NCBI GenBank assembly: GCA_035548835.1
Contig: DASZSB010000086.1
Location: 5,094 to 69,093 of the forward strand
DNA from: Gammaproteobacteria bacterium
Lineage (GTDB): Bacteria; Pseudomonadota; Gammaproteobacteria; Steroidobacterales; Rariloculaceae
DNA: 64,000 nucleotides
Reading direction: 5' to 3'
Below the pieces are notes generated by a model, which saw nothing but the letters and a program-made list of their open reading frames with translations, was not told where the DNA came from and did no database searches. Of this stretch, positions 53,299 through 61,691 are shown in pieces. Every line of letters begins with the position of its first letter. Position 1 is the first letter of the stretch. The position numbers were made by a program, and so were the translations under genes.

Positions 53299-53441
53299 GG
53301 CGGTGAGCTCCGCAGTCTTCTTCGAGAGACTTTGCGGAGATCTTAGCGGAATCGGCCCGCCGTGACCGCAGGGGTCGTTGCGATTATGTTCAATGACGGG
53401 CAACCGCGCGGCGCGCGGCTGCCGTCACAGGCATGCAGCCG

Positions 53442-54659
53442 CTACTGGACGAAGCGGATGCGCGTGAACGAGCGCTGCTCGATCAGGCGATTCATGAAGA
53501 CGCGCGGCTCGAATTGCCACTGCTTCACGGCGTCCATGGCCTCGCGGCCGAACATGGCCTCGTTCGAGGAACCCGTCACGACGATGTCGTGCGTCTTGCC
53601 GTTGGTGCCGACGGTGAACTCGACGTCGACCCAGCCCTGCAGACCGCGCTCGATCGCACGCGCCGGATAGCTCGGCGCCACGTACGTCACGATCTTCAAC
53701 GCCGAAGCCGGAACCGTCTTCGCGGACTCGCGCGCCACCTGGCGCTCGGTCAGCGCGCCGCGCGCCTTGCGCACGCCTTCCGCGTCGGCGCCGATCGACT
53801 CGGCCTCGTTGATCCAGACGGTGGCGGCCTCGTCGTCCTGCGCTTCCATCGACTGTGCCGCGCGCGCCAGCAGCTCGCGCGACAGCGTCGCGCGAGCGCG
53901 TTGCGTGAGCTCGCTGTCGCGACTCGTCGCGATCAGCACGCTCAGGTAGTGTTTTGCGCTCGTGTCGGCCGGCGTCAGCAATTGGCCCGCCGTCATGGCG
54001 GCATTGAAGCCGTCGCTGGCCTTCACGAGCGGATCCACCGCCGGCTTCGCCGGGGTCTGGGGCGCGACCTCGACGCGGGCGACCCTGGGTGTCTCCGCCG
54101 GTGCCTTCAGGCTCTCGGCCGGCGGCGGTTGGGGCGCAACCTCGGGCCAGATCTTCGCGCCGAGCGCCTTCGCACCCGCGTGCGAGGGCAGCACCGCGCG
54201 AATGCGCTCGACCATGCGCCGCGCGTCGTCGAACCGGCCCTGCTCGAGCGCTGTCTCGCCGCGGCGCACGAGATCGTCGGCGACTTTCGTGAGCCCTGCC
54301 ACCGCGTCGGCGTTGTTGGGCTCGGCCTTGACGGCGCGCGCGTACAACGTCCACGCGCTGTACTCCTCGGGCTCCACGAGCATGCCGGCCTCGTACGCGA
54401 GCTGCGCCATGCGCAGCGGGTTATCGAGCGCAGCGTCGCCGGCGGCCGCGTCGTCCGCGGGCGGCGGCGGCGCCCCGCCGTCGGCCATCGCGAGCGTGAC
54501 CGGTGCCGTCGTCGGGTGTGCCTGCGGAGGCGCCTCGCCGGAGCCCGCCCACGGCTTCATGATCGCGAGCCAGGCAGCGCCGACCGCCGCCACTGCGCCG
54601 CCCGCGACCCACAGCAGAATGTCACCCTGATTCCCGGCGGTCTTTCGCGGTGCGCTCAT
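53442..54659 (-). CDS. Membrane-anchored TPR-like protein with a TonB C-terminal domain
   Basis: 405 aa. TM anchor, Pro-rich linker, helical repeats, then YVAPSYPARAIERGLQGWVDVEFTVGTNGKTHDIVV...AMDAVKQWQFEP. The ATG overlaps the response-regulator stop (ATGA). Confidence 0.75.
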   Translation of the reverse strand: MSAPRKTAGNQGDILLWVAGGAVAAVGAAWLAIMKPWAGSGEAPPQAHPTTAPVTLAMADGGAPPPPADDAAAGDAALDNPLRMAQLAYEAGMLVEPEEYSAWTLYARAVKAEPNNADAVAGLTKVADDLVRRGETALEQGRFDDARRMVERIRAVLPSHAGAKALGAKIWPEVAPQPPPAESLKAPAETPRVARVEVAPQTPAKPAVDPLVKASDGFNAAMTAGQLLTPADTSAKHYLSVLIATSRDSELTQRARATLSRELLARAAQSMEAQDDEAATVWINEAESIGADAEGVRKARGALTERQVARESAKTVPASALKIVTYVAPSYPARAIERGLQGWVDVEFTVGTNGKTHDIVVTGSSNEAMFGREAMDAVKQWQFEPRVFMNRLIEQRSFTRIRFVQ

Positions 54660-55765
54660 GTGCTCGCCCATAGACGTGTCATGCTTTTGAGCTTCGCGAG
54701 CACGCCGTCCACGATGCCGGACTCGCTCGTCGGGCTGACATCGACTTCGTGACGCTTCACGAGCTCGGGATTCTTCAGCAGCAGCCGGTGATGCTGCAGT
54801 GCCGCCTGCAGGCTGATCGCGCAGCGGCCGGCGGACAGTGGTTTGCGCAGGAAGCGGAAGATCTGGCCGTGGTTGATGAGCCACACCATGTCGAGCACGT
54901 CGCGGTGCTGCGAGACAGCGATCGTCACGAGCTGCGGCAGATGTTCCTTGAGGCGCGCGGTCATCGACTGGATCGTGGCCTTGTCCTCGGACACGTCGGT
55001 CACGAGCACGCCGGGGCGGTGCTCGGTCAGGATCTTCACGACCTGCACGATGTTGCCGGCCGAGTGCACCGGCAGCCGGCCGCGCACGGCCTTCTGCACC
55101 GTGTCGATGACTTCGTTGTCGCTCGAGAACACGACGATGCCGAGACCCGTCGCGAGCCTGGGCTTGGCCGTGGCGTCCGCGCTCCGGACCGGCTTCGCGG
55201 CATCCGCGGGAGCGGCGAACGCCGGCTTCTCCATGATGTCGGTGCGCCCCGCGCGCGGCGACTCGATCTGTGCCGCCGCCGGACCGACCTCGCGGATCGT
55301 GTCGGCTTCCATGATGATCTCGAGCGTGTCGCCCGGGGACAGCTCGGCCTGCGGCTCGGGTGCGGGCGCCTCGCGCGCCAGCTTCGCCGCGAGCTCGATG
55401 GTCTCGCGCAGCTGCTTCGGCGCGCACGGCTTCGTCAGGAAGCGGAACACCTCGCTGTCGTTGATCGAGCCCTCCACGGCGTCGAGATCGGCGTAGCCCG
55501 TCAGCAGGATGCGCACGGTGCGCGGCGACAGGGTGCGCACCTGCGAGAGCACCTCGACGCCCGTCATCTTCGGCATCCGGTGATCGGCGACGATCACGTC
55601 GATGTCCTTGTTCCTGACGATGTCGAGCGCTTCGGCGCCGTGCGACGCGAGGTACAGGTCGAACTGGCGGCGGAACATGATCCGCATCGAGTTCAGCACG
55701 CGCTGCTCGTCGTCGACGAACAGCAGGCGGGGGCGGTCTGCGGTCTCTGCGGCTTCCAGGGACAC
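54656..55765 (-). CDS. Response regulator with two receiver-like domains and no recognisable output domain
   Basis: 369 aa with a GTG start. REC1 has LLFVDDE...VIVADHRMPKMTG...FRFLTKP. The second, degenerate REC-like domain has VVFSSDN...VLVTDVSED...FRFLRKP. Confidence 0.8.
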   Translation of the reverse strand: MSLEAAETADRPRLLFVDDEQRVLNSMRIMFRRQFDLYLASHGAEALDIVRNKDIDVIVADHRMPKMTGVEVLSQVRTLSPRTVRILLTGYADLDAVEGSINDSEVFRFLTKPCAPKQLRETIELAAKLAREAPAPEPQAELSPGDTLEIIMEADTIREVGPAAAQIESPRAGRTDIMEKPAFAAPADAAKPVRSADATAKPRLATGLGIVVFSSDNEVIDTVQKAVRGRLPVHSAGNIVQVVKILTEHRPGVLVTDVSEDKATIQSMTARLKEHLPQLVTIAVSQHRDVLDMVWLINHGQIFRFLRKPLSAGRCAISLQAALQHHRLLLKNPELVKRHEVDVSPTSESGIVDGVLAKLKSMTRLWAST

Positions 55766-55768
55766 GGG

Positions 55769-57640
55769 TTACACCGCCTCCGCGAGAGGCGGCAGGCCGA
55801 AGTCGTCGTCCGCCTGTGCGGCGGGCTCGGGCTGCGGCATGGCCGCACCCGCGGGCCGCTTGATCGGCAGCACGACCGTGAAGGCCGAGCCCTTGCCGAC
55901 TTCCGATTCGACGAGCAGCTGGCCGTGGTGACTGCGGACGATCTCGTCGACGATGGACAGGCCGAGGCCGGTGCCGGTGCCGACTTCCTTCGTCGTGAAG
56001 AACGGGTCGCGAATGCGCCCCAGGTTCTCCTCCGGAATACCGCACCCCGTGTCCTCGATGCGAATGGCGACGTGGGCCGGCTCGTGCAGCTGCGTGGTGA
56101 TCGTTATCGTCCCCTGGGTTTCGATTGCCTGAGCGGCGTTCGTGATGATGTTCAGGAACACCTGGTTGATCTGCGAAGGCGAGCACTCGATCTCGGGAAT
56201 CTGACCGTAGTGCTTCACGACGTTGGCCTTGTGCTTGATCACGTTCTTCGCGATCAGCAGCGTCTTGTCGAGCCCGCCGTTCACGTCGAAGCTCGCGATC
56301 GGCGCGCGGTCGAGGCGGCTGAAGTCCTTCAGGCTCTGCGCCATCTCGGTCAGGTCCACGAGCCCCGCGATGCTGTCGCGCGTGAGGTCCTGGATTTCCT
56401 CGACCGCGGCCTCGAGCTCCTCGTCCCGCAGCAGCGCCTTCACGTCCTTCAGGGCGTTCACGAAGTGCGTCTGATACGTGGTGCGGTCCTGGAAATCCTC
56501 CGACTTGATCGAGAATGCGGCGGCGCTGCGCATGACGAACTCGCGCAGCGTGCCGAGGCGCTCCTGCACGAGCTCGGCGTTGTTCGTGAGGTACAGCAGC
56601 GGCGTGTTGATCTCGTGGCTGATGCCGGCCACCAGCTGACCGAGCGACGACATCTTCTCGGCCTGTACGAGCTGTACCTGCGATTCCTTCAGGTCGCCGA
56701 GCGCGCTGCTGAGCTCGTGCGTGCGCTCCGCGACGCGTTGCTCGAGCGATTCGTTGAGCACGGCGAGCTCCGTGTTCGCGGCGTTGATCTCGCGGTAGCT
56801 CGCGTGCAGGCGCAAAGCGACGAACGCGACGGCCACGAGCAGCACGACCGCGTACACGGCCAGCATGAGCCGGGCCTGGTCCACGCGCGTGACGGCGCTG
56901 GCGTACAGGTCCGCGGAGGCGGAGCCGAGCGCCGTCCCGAACTCGCCGATCGGCGCGCCGACGAGCTGCTTCAGCTTGCTGTCGATCAGGGTCTTGTTCT
57001 TCAGGATGCTCGAGACCGCGGTCCGCAGCCGTTCCACGTCACCGGGCATCTGGTCCACGCGCGAGTCGCGGCCGAGCGTCACGAGCAGGCGTTCGAGCTC
57101 GTTGGGACGCACCGACGCGTTCTGCCCGGCGTATCCCAGCGTCCCGACGACCAGCTGGAAGGTGTCGGTGGCCGCCCGGTCGAAGCCGGCGTCGCGCAGC
57201 TTCTGGATCACGCCCGCGCCGGATTCGCGCAGGTACGCGACGCTGGCCGCGTACTCGGTCTCGTCATCGATCAGCTCGCCGGCGAGCGTCGTGGCGCTGG
57301 TGATGGTGCTGACGAACGTTTCGTGACTGTTCGCGAGCCGCGCTTCCTGGCCGGAGTTGCCGCGCAGGGCGAACAGCGCGGTGGGCAGCTGCGACGGCGC
57401 GGCCGTCACACGCGTCAGCAGGGCGCGTGCGCCTTCACCCGGTGGCTGCTGCTCCTGCCATGCCTTCTCGAGCGCGCCGGCGAGCGAGCGGAAGTCCTCG
57501 TCGATACGCTTCAAGTCCGCGTCGATCGTGTACTGCGCCACGTGCGTCTCGACCGGCAGCGGACGAGACTCGAGCGCAAGAGACACCAGCAGGGCCAGCG
57601 CCGCGAGCGCGAGGACGAGTGCGATGACTGCACGCTTCAT
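55769..57640 (-). CDS. Sensor histidine kinase with a large periplasmic sensor domain
   Basis: 623 aa from MKRAVIALVLALAALALLV. Two TM helices bracket a sensor of about 240 aa. HisKA motif SHEINTPL; ATPase motifs NIITNA, DTGCGI and GTGLGLS. Confidence 0.85.
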   Translation of the reverse strand: MKRAVIALVLALAALALLVSLALESRPLPVETHVAQYTIDADLKRIDEDFRSLAGALEKAWQEQQPPGEGARALLTRVTAAPSQLPTALFALRGNSGQEARLANSHETFVSTITSATTLAGELIDDETEYAASVAYLRESGAGVIQKLRDAGFDRAATDTFQLVVGTLGYAGQNASVRPNELERLLVTLGRDSRVDQMPGDVERLRTAVSSILKNKTLIDSKLKQLVGAPIGEFGTALGSASADLYASAVTRVDQARLMLAVYAVVLLVAVAFVALRLHASYREINAANTELAVLNESLEQRVAERTHELSSALGDLKESQVQLVQAEKMSSLGQLVAGISHEINTPLLYLTNNAELVQERLGTLREFVMRSAAAFSIKSEDFQDRTTYQTHFVNALKDVKALLRDEELEAAVEEIQDLTRDSIAGLVDLTEMAQSLKDFSRLDRAPIASFDVNGGLDKTLLIAKNVIKHKANVVKHYGQIPEIECSPSQINQVFLNIITNAAQAIETQGTITITTQLHEPAHVAIRIEDTGCGIPEENLGRIRDPFFTTKEVGTGTGLGLSIVDEIVRSHHGQLLVESEVGKGSAFTVVLPIKRPAGAAMPQPEPAAQADDDFGLPPLAEAV

Positions 57641-57883
57641 GGCCGACCGATTTACGTAATCGAGTGCTCGAACACTAGGCAAAAGGCCTGCCCGTTGCAG
57701 TGATAGGCTTCACAGAGGTGGGTGATCGTCGCCATGCGGCGACGTGCCGTTATGTCAGGCGCGCGCCGCGACGCCGGCGGGGGCGCTGCGGACCTGCCGG
57801 TGACGGCCGGACGGAGCGGGTGCCCTCGGCCCGCCGGCGCCCGCCCCGGCGAGCCGTGCCCCGCGGCCCACGAGTCCGTTATC

Positions 57884-58780
57884 ATGGCGCCGCTCCGCGT
57901 TACCGGACTTGAAGCCGTGCAGCCCATCCAGCCCTTGAAACCGCTCCTCGAGCCCCCCGCGGCGATCGATGCCGATCGCGAGGCCGCGCTGGCCGAGCCG
58001 TCCGGCCGCTGGAAGAAGCTCTCGGCCGAGCTCCGCGGTCTCGTGGGCAAGGCCATCGGCGACTACCGCATGATCGAGGACGGCGACCGCGTGATGGTGT
58101 GCCTGTCCGGCGGCAAGGATTCGTACACGCTGCTCGACATGCTGCTGTCGCTGCAGCGCAAGGCGCCCGTGAGCTTCGAGCTCGTGGCCGTGAACCTCGA
58201 CCAGAAGCAGCCCGGTTTCCCGGCGCACGTGCTGCCCGAGTACCTGACGGGGCTCGGCGTGGCGCACCGCGTCGTGACCGAGGATACGTATTCCATCGTC
58301 ACGCGCGTGATCGAGCCCGGCAAGACGATGTGCGGACTCTGCTCGCGCCTGCGCCGTGGCATCCTGTATCGCGTGGCCGACGAGCTCGGCGCCACGAAGA
58401 TCGCGCTCGGACACCATCGCGACGACATCGTCGAGACGCTGTTCCTGAACATGTTCTACGGCGCCCGCATGAAGGCCATGCCGCCGAAGTTGAAGAGCGA
58501 CGATGGCAGGCACGTCGTGATCCGGCCGCTGGCCTACTGCGCCGAGCGCGACATCGCGCGCTATGCCCGCGGCCGCGAGTTCCCGATCATTCCGTGCAAT
58601 CTCTGCGGCTCGCAGGACAACATGAAGCGCCGCGAGATCAAGGCCATGCTCGCGGCGTGGGAGCAGCAGGATCCGGGGCGCACGGAGCGACTGTTCCGCA
58701 GCCTGCAGAACGTCACGGCCTCGCACCTGGCCGACACCTCGCTGTTCGACTTCGAGAACCTCGCGGCGGCTGACGACTAG
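57884..58780 (+). CDS. ttcA: tRNA 2-thiocytidine(32) synthetase
   Basis: 298 aa. SGGKDS PP-loop, [10 protein letters not shown] and CNLCGSQ cluster motifs. The start is uncertain (ATG 57884 chosen). Confidence 0.85.
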   Translation: MAPLRVTGLEAVQPIQPLKPLLEPPAAIDADREAALAEPSGRWKKLSAELRGLVGKAIGDYRMIEDGDRVMVCLSGGKDSYTLLDMLLSLQRKAPVSFELVAVNLDQKQPGFPAHVLPEYLTGLGVAHRVVTEDTYSIVTRVIEPGKTMCGLCSRLRRGILYRVADELGATKIALGHHRDDIVETLFLNMFYGARMKAMPPKLKSDDGRHVVIRPLAYCAERDIARYARGREFPIIPCNLCGSQDNMKRREIKAMLAAWEQQDPGRTERLFRSLQNVTASHLADTSLFDFENLAAADD

Positions 58781-58795
58781 CGCCGGATCGCGGGG

Positions 58796-60106
58796 CTACC
58801 CGACGAACACGGCCGGCATCGGCAGTGCGGTGGGCTCGGGGTCGATCGCCACGAGCCGCTCGATGATCTCCGACACCTCGCGGGCGTTCGCGAGTCGCTG
58901 GCTCGTGTCTTTCGCCAGCAGCTTGTCGAGCAGGGTCTGGTAGATCGCAAGGTGCGCCGGCAGGCGTGGCACCGCGGCGTGACGATGCTGGTCGAGGATC
59001 GCGTCGGTGGTCTCGCCCGTGAAGGGCTTTTCGCCCGTGAGCATCTGATACAGCATGACGCCGAGCGCATAGAGATCCGTGCGCGCGTCGGTCGGCTCGC
59101 CGCGCGCCTGCTCGGGGCTGATGTAGTACGGCGTGCCGGCGATCGGCTGTGCCGCGGCGTTCGCCGCGTCGTCGATGTGCTGCGAGATGCCGAAATCGAT
59201 CAGCGCGACGGTGCCGTCGTCGCGCACCATGATGTTGCCGGGTTTCAGGTCCCGGTGAACGATGCCGGCCGTGTGGATGATCGACAGCGCGTGGGCGATC
59301 TCGGCCGCGTGCTTCAGCGCGACGTCGGGCGGCAGCGCCTGGGCAAGCTGCGTGCCGAGATGGCCGCGCGCGAAGTACTCCATGGCGATGTACGAGTATT
59401 GATTCGTCACGCGGAAGTCGTAGATCTCGGCCACGGCGCGATCGGCGATGTCGTACAGCAGCTTGAACTCCGTGACGAACCGGTCGAAGTTGTCGTCGCG
59501 TGACAGCGCGCCGCGGCCGCGGTGCAGCACTTTCAGCACGACCTCCTTGCCGCGTTCCGCGCTGAACGCCACATGGACGGACATGTTCTCCCGGCTCGCG
59601 AGGCAACGGCGCATGTCGTAGCCGAACAGACGCACCATGCCGGATACGCCGCCGTCGCGGTTGCCGACCGGTCCCTTGCGCGTCAGCAGCGCGCGCTGCA
59701 CGGCGCCGAGCACCTGCTCGCGGCCGAGCAACGCCTTCGGGATGTAGTCGTAGGCTCCCGACTTGATGGCCTGCACGGCCGTGTACTCGCTGCCCTTGGA
59801 GGTCAGCAGGATTACGGCCGGGTTGTTCGGGTCCGCGGCGATCGCGCGCAGCGCGCGCAGCGTGGGGTTGTCCGCCGTCCCGTCCGACGCGAAGTCGCAG
59901 CCGACGAGCAGGACGTCGAACGTCGGCAGCCGCGTGTGGTCGGCCAGCACGTCCGCGAGCGTGCCGCTCGTCGACTGTACCGACGCGCCTTCGAAGCCTT
60001 TGACGGCAAAGCGCAGCAGCGTCGAGCGGACCTTGGCGTCCGGCTCGACGATCAGGATGCGCGGCGCGTTGTTGGCGGGCTGCTCCACAGCAGCGCAACG
60101 TAACAA
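58796..60106 (-). CDS. Receiver domain fused to a Hanks-type Ser/Thr protein kinase
   Basis: About 430 aa with start TTG 60106 or GTG 60088. N-terminal REC-like region RILIVEPD...VLLVGCDF...YDYIPKAL. Kinase motifs VLKVL, HRDLKPGN, DFG and GTPYYISPE. Confidence 0.8.
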   Translation of the reverse strand: MLRCAAVEQPANNAPRILIVEPDAKVRSTLLRFAVKGFEGASVQSTSGTLADVLADHTRLPTFDVLLVGCDFASDGTADNPTLRALRAIAADPNNPAVILLTSKGSEYTAVQAIKSGAYDYIPKALLGREQVLGAVQRALLTRKGPVGNRDGGVSGMVRLFGYDMRRCLASRENMSVHVAFSAERGKEVVLKVLHRGRGALSRDDNFDRFVTEFKLLYDIADRAVAEIYDFRVTNQYSYIAMEYFARGHLGTQLAQALPPDVALKHAAEIAHALSIIHTAGIVHRDLKPGNIMVRDDGTVALIDFGISQHIDDAANAAAQPIAGTPYYISPEQARGEPTDARTDLYALGVMLYQMLTGEKPFTGETTDAILDQHRHAAVPRLPAHLAIYQTLLDKLLAKDTSQRLANAREVSEIIERLVAIDPEPTALPMPAVFVG

Positions 60107-60146
60107 AGGGGCCGCGATTCAGCGGTGACTCCGGTCACAGGCGCCC

Positions 60147-60788
60147 TCAGGGCGGCGCGCGACCGGCCGCTTCCGCGCGCGCGCGGACCGCCTGCATGAC
60201 CTTCGGCAGGTCGCGTCGCAGCGTGGCGCGGACGAGGAATCGCGGGATCGGGAAGCCGGGGTCGAGCGCCAGGTCGTACACGAGCAGCGTGTGGCCGCCG
60301 GGCTGCGGCAGCAGCCACCAGGTGCCGTCCATATGCGCGATCGGACCGCTGACGCGGTGCACGTCGATGCGCGTGTAGGGAGTGTAGTCGAGCCTGAACA
60401 CGTGCTCGAACGCGGGCACGAAGAAGATCGGCTTGATGACCTGCACGAACAGCTCCGCACGCCCGTTGTCGAGCACCTCGAGGCGGCGGCAGCTCTGTAC
60501 GTTCGGCACGTATTCCGGTGCTATCTGGCACGCCCGTAGCACGTCCCAGATGGCCTGCGGCGGGGCGGCGACGTCGATCGCGAGCTTGATCAGCACGATC
60601 TGCGGCCGCTCGGCGCGCTCCGTCAGCAGGAACACCATGCCGGAGGCCACGGCCTGGCGGTCGATCCAGGAGAGGTCCGGCTCCTCGGCGCGCGCCGCGG
60701 AAACGGCAAGCAGAACGAGTGCGGAGAGCGCCACGGCCCGCCTCCACCGTTGCACGATCGTGCCAGCGCGCGGCGGGGCGGTCGGCAT
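60147..60788 (-). CDS. SRPBCC (polyketide cyclase/START-like) protein with a signal peptide
   Basis: 213 aa. The signal-like N-terminus ends SAARAEE. The family call is from overall pattern only. Confidence 0.55.
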   Translation of the reverse strand: MPTAPPRAGTIVQRWRRAVALSALVLLAVSAARAEEPDLSWIDRQAVASGMVFLLTERAERPQIVLIKLAIDVAAPPQAIWDVLRACQIAPEYVPNVQSCRRLEVLDNGRAELFVQVIKPIFFVPAFEHVFRLDYTPYTRIDVHRVSGPIAHMDGTWWLLPQPGGHTLLVYDLALDPGFPIPRFLVRATLRRDLPKVMQAVRARAEAAGRAPP

Positions 60789-60798
60789 CAGCGCGCGA

Positions 60799-61653
60799 TC
60801 AGGCGGCCTCGGCTACGACCGAATTGCGCAGCACGCCGATACCGCCGATCTCGACCTCGACCGTGTCGCCGCTCTTCATCCACAGCGGCGGTGTGCGGCC
60901 GGCGCCCACGCCGCCGGGCGTGCCCGTGACGATCACGTCGCCCGGCTCGAGCTGCGCCCACGTGGAGCAGTACTCGATCAGCGACGGGATGTCGAAGCAA
61001 AGCTCGCCGACGCTCTCGTGCTGCACGACCTGGCCGTTCAGCCGCGTGGTCAGCGTCAGCTTGCGCGGGTCCGGGATCTCGTCGCTCGTGACGAGCCAAG
61101 GGCCGAACGAGCCGCTGTGATGGAAGTTCTTGCCCGGCGTGAACTGCTGCGAGTGACGCTGGAAGTCGCGGATGCTGCCGTCGTTGAAGCACGTGTAGCC
61201 CGCAACGTAGTCGAGCGCCTGCTCCTTGCGCACGTGGCGCGCGCGCTTGCCGATCACGACGGCGAGCTCGCCTTCGTAGTCGAGCTGTACGGAGGCGCGC
61301 GGCAGGACGAGGGGCCGGCCGTGACCCACGATGCTGTCGTGGAAGCGCACGAACAGCACGGGATGGCTCGGCCGCTCGCGGCCCATCTCCTTGATATGCG
61401 GCAGGTAGTTCACACCCACGCACAGCAGCTTCGCCGCGGCGTCGTCGACGACGGGCGCGAAGCTCACGTCGGCGAGCGCGAAGTCGGGCTTTTCGCCGGC
61501 CAGCTTGCGCAGCTCGGGCAGCGCGCCGGCGAGCAGCGCGTCGCGCAGCGTGCGCGGGGTGCCCGCGAGGCGCCGGCCGGCGTCGACGACGCCGTCGCCC
61601 ACGACCACGCCGTAGCCCGTCCGGCCGTTCTTCTCGAAGCTCATCAGACGCAT
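60799..61653 (-). CDS. Fumarylacetoacetate hydrolase (FAH) family protein
   Basis: 284 aa with GGAGAAGGA upstream. DYEGELAVVIGK, TPGKNF and GDVIVTGTPGGVG. Confidence 0.85.
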   Translation of the reverse strand: MRLMSFEKNGRTGYGVVVGDGVVDAGRRLAGTPRTLRDALLAGALPELRKLAGEKPDFALADVSFAPVVDDAAAKLLCVGVNYLPHIKEMGRERPSHPVLFVRFHDSIVGHGRPLVLPRASVQLDYEGELAVVIGKRARHVRKEQALDYVAGYTCFNDGSIRDFQRHSQQFTPGKNFHHSGSFGPWLVTSDEIPDPRKLTLTTRLNGQVVQHESVGELCFDIPSLIEYCSTWAQLEPGDVIVTGTPGGVGAGRTPPLWMKSGDTVEVEIGGIGVLRNSVVAEAA

Positions 61654-61691
61654 GAGTCCTTCTCCGCTTCCCGTCAGTTCATCGCAATCGT

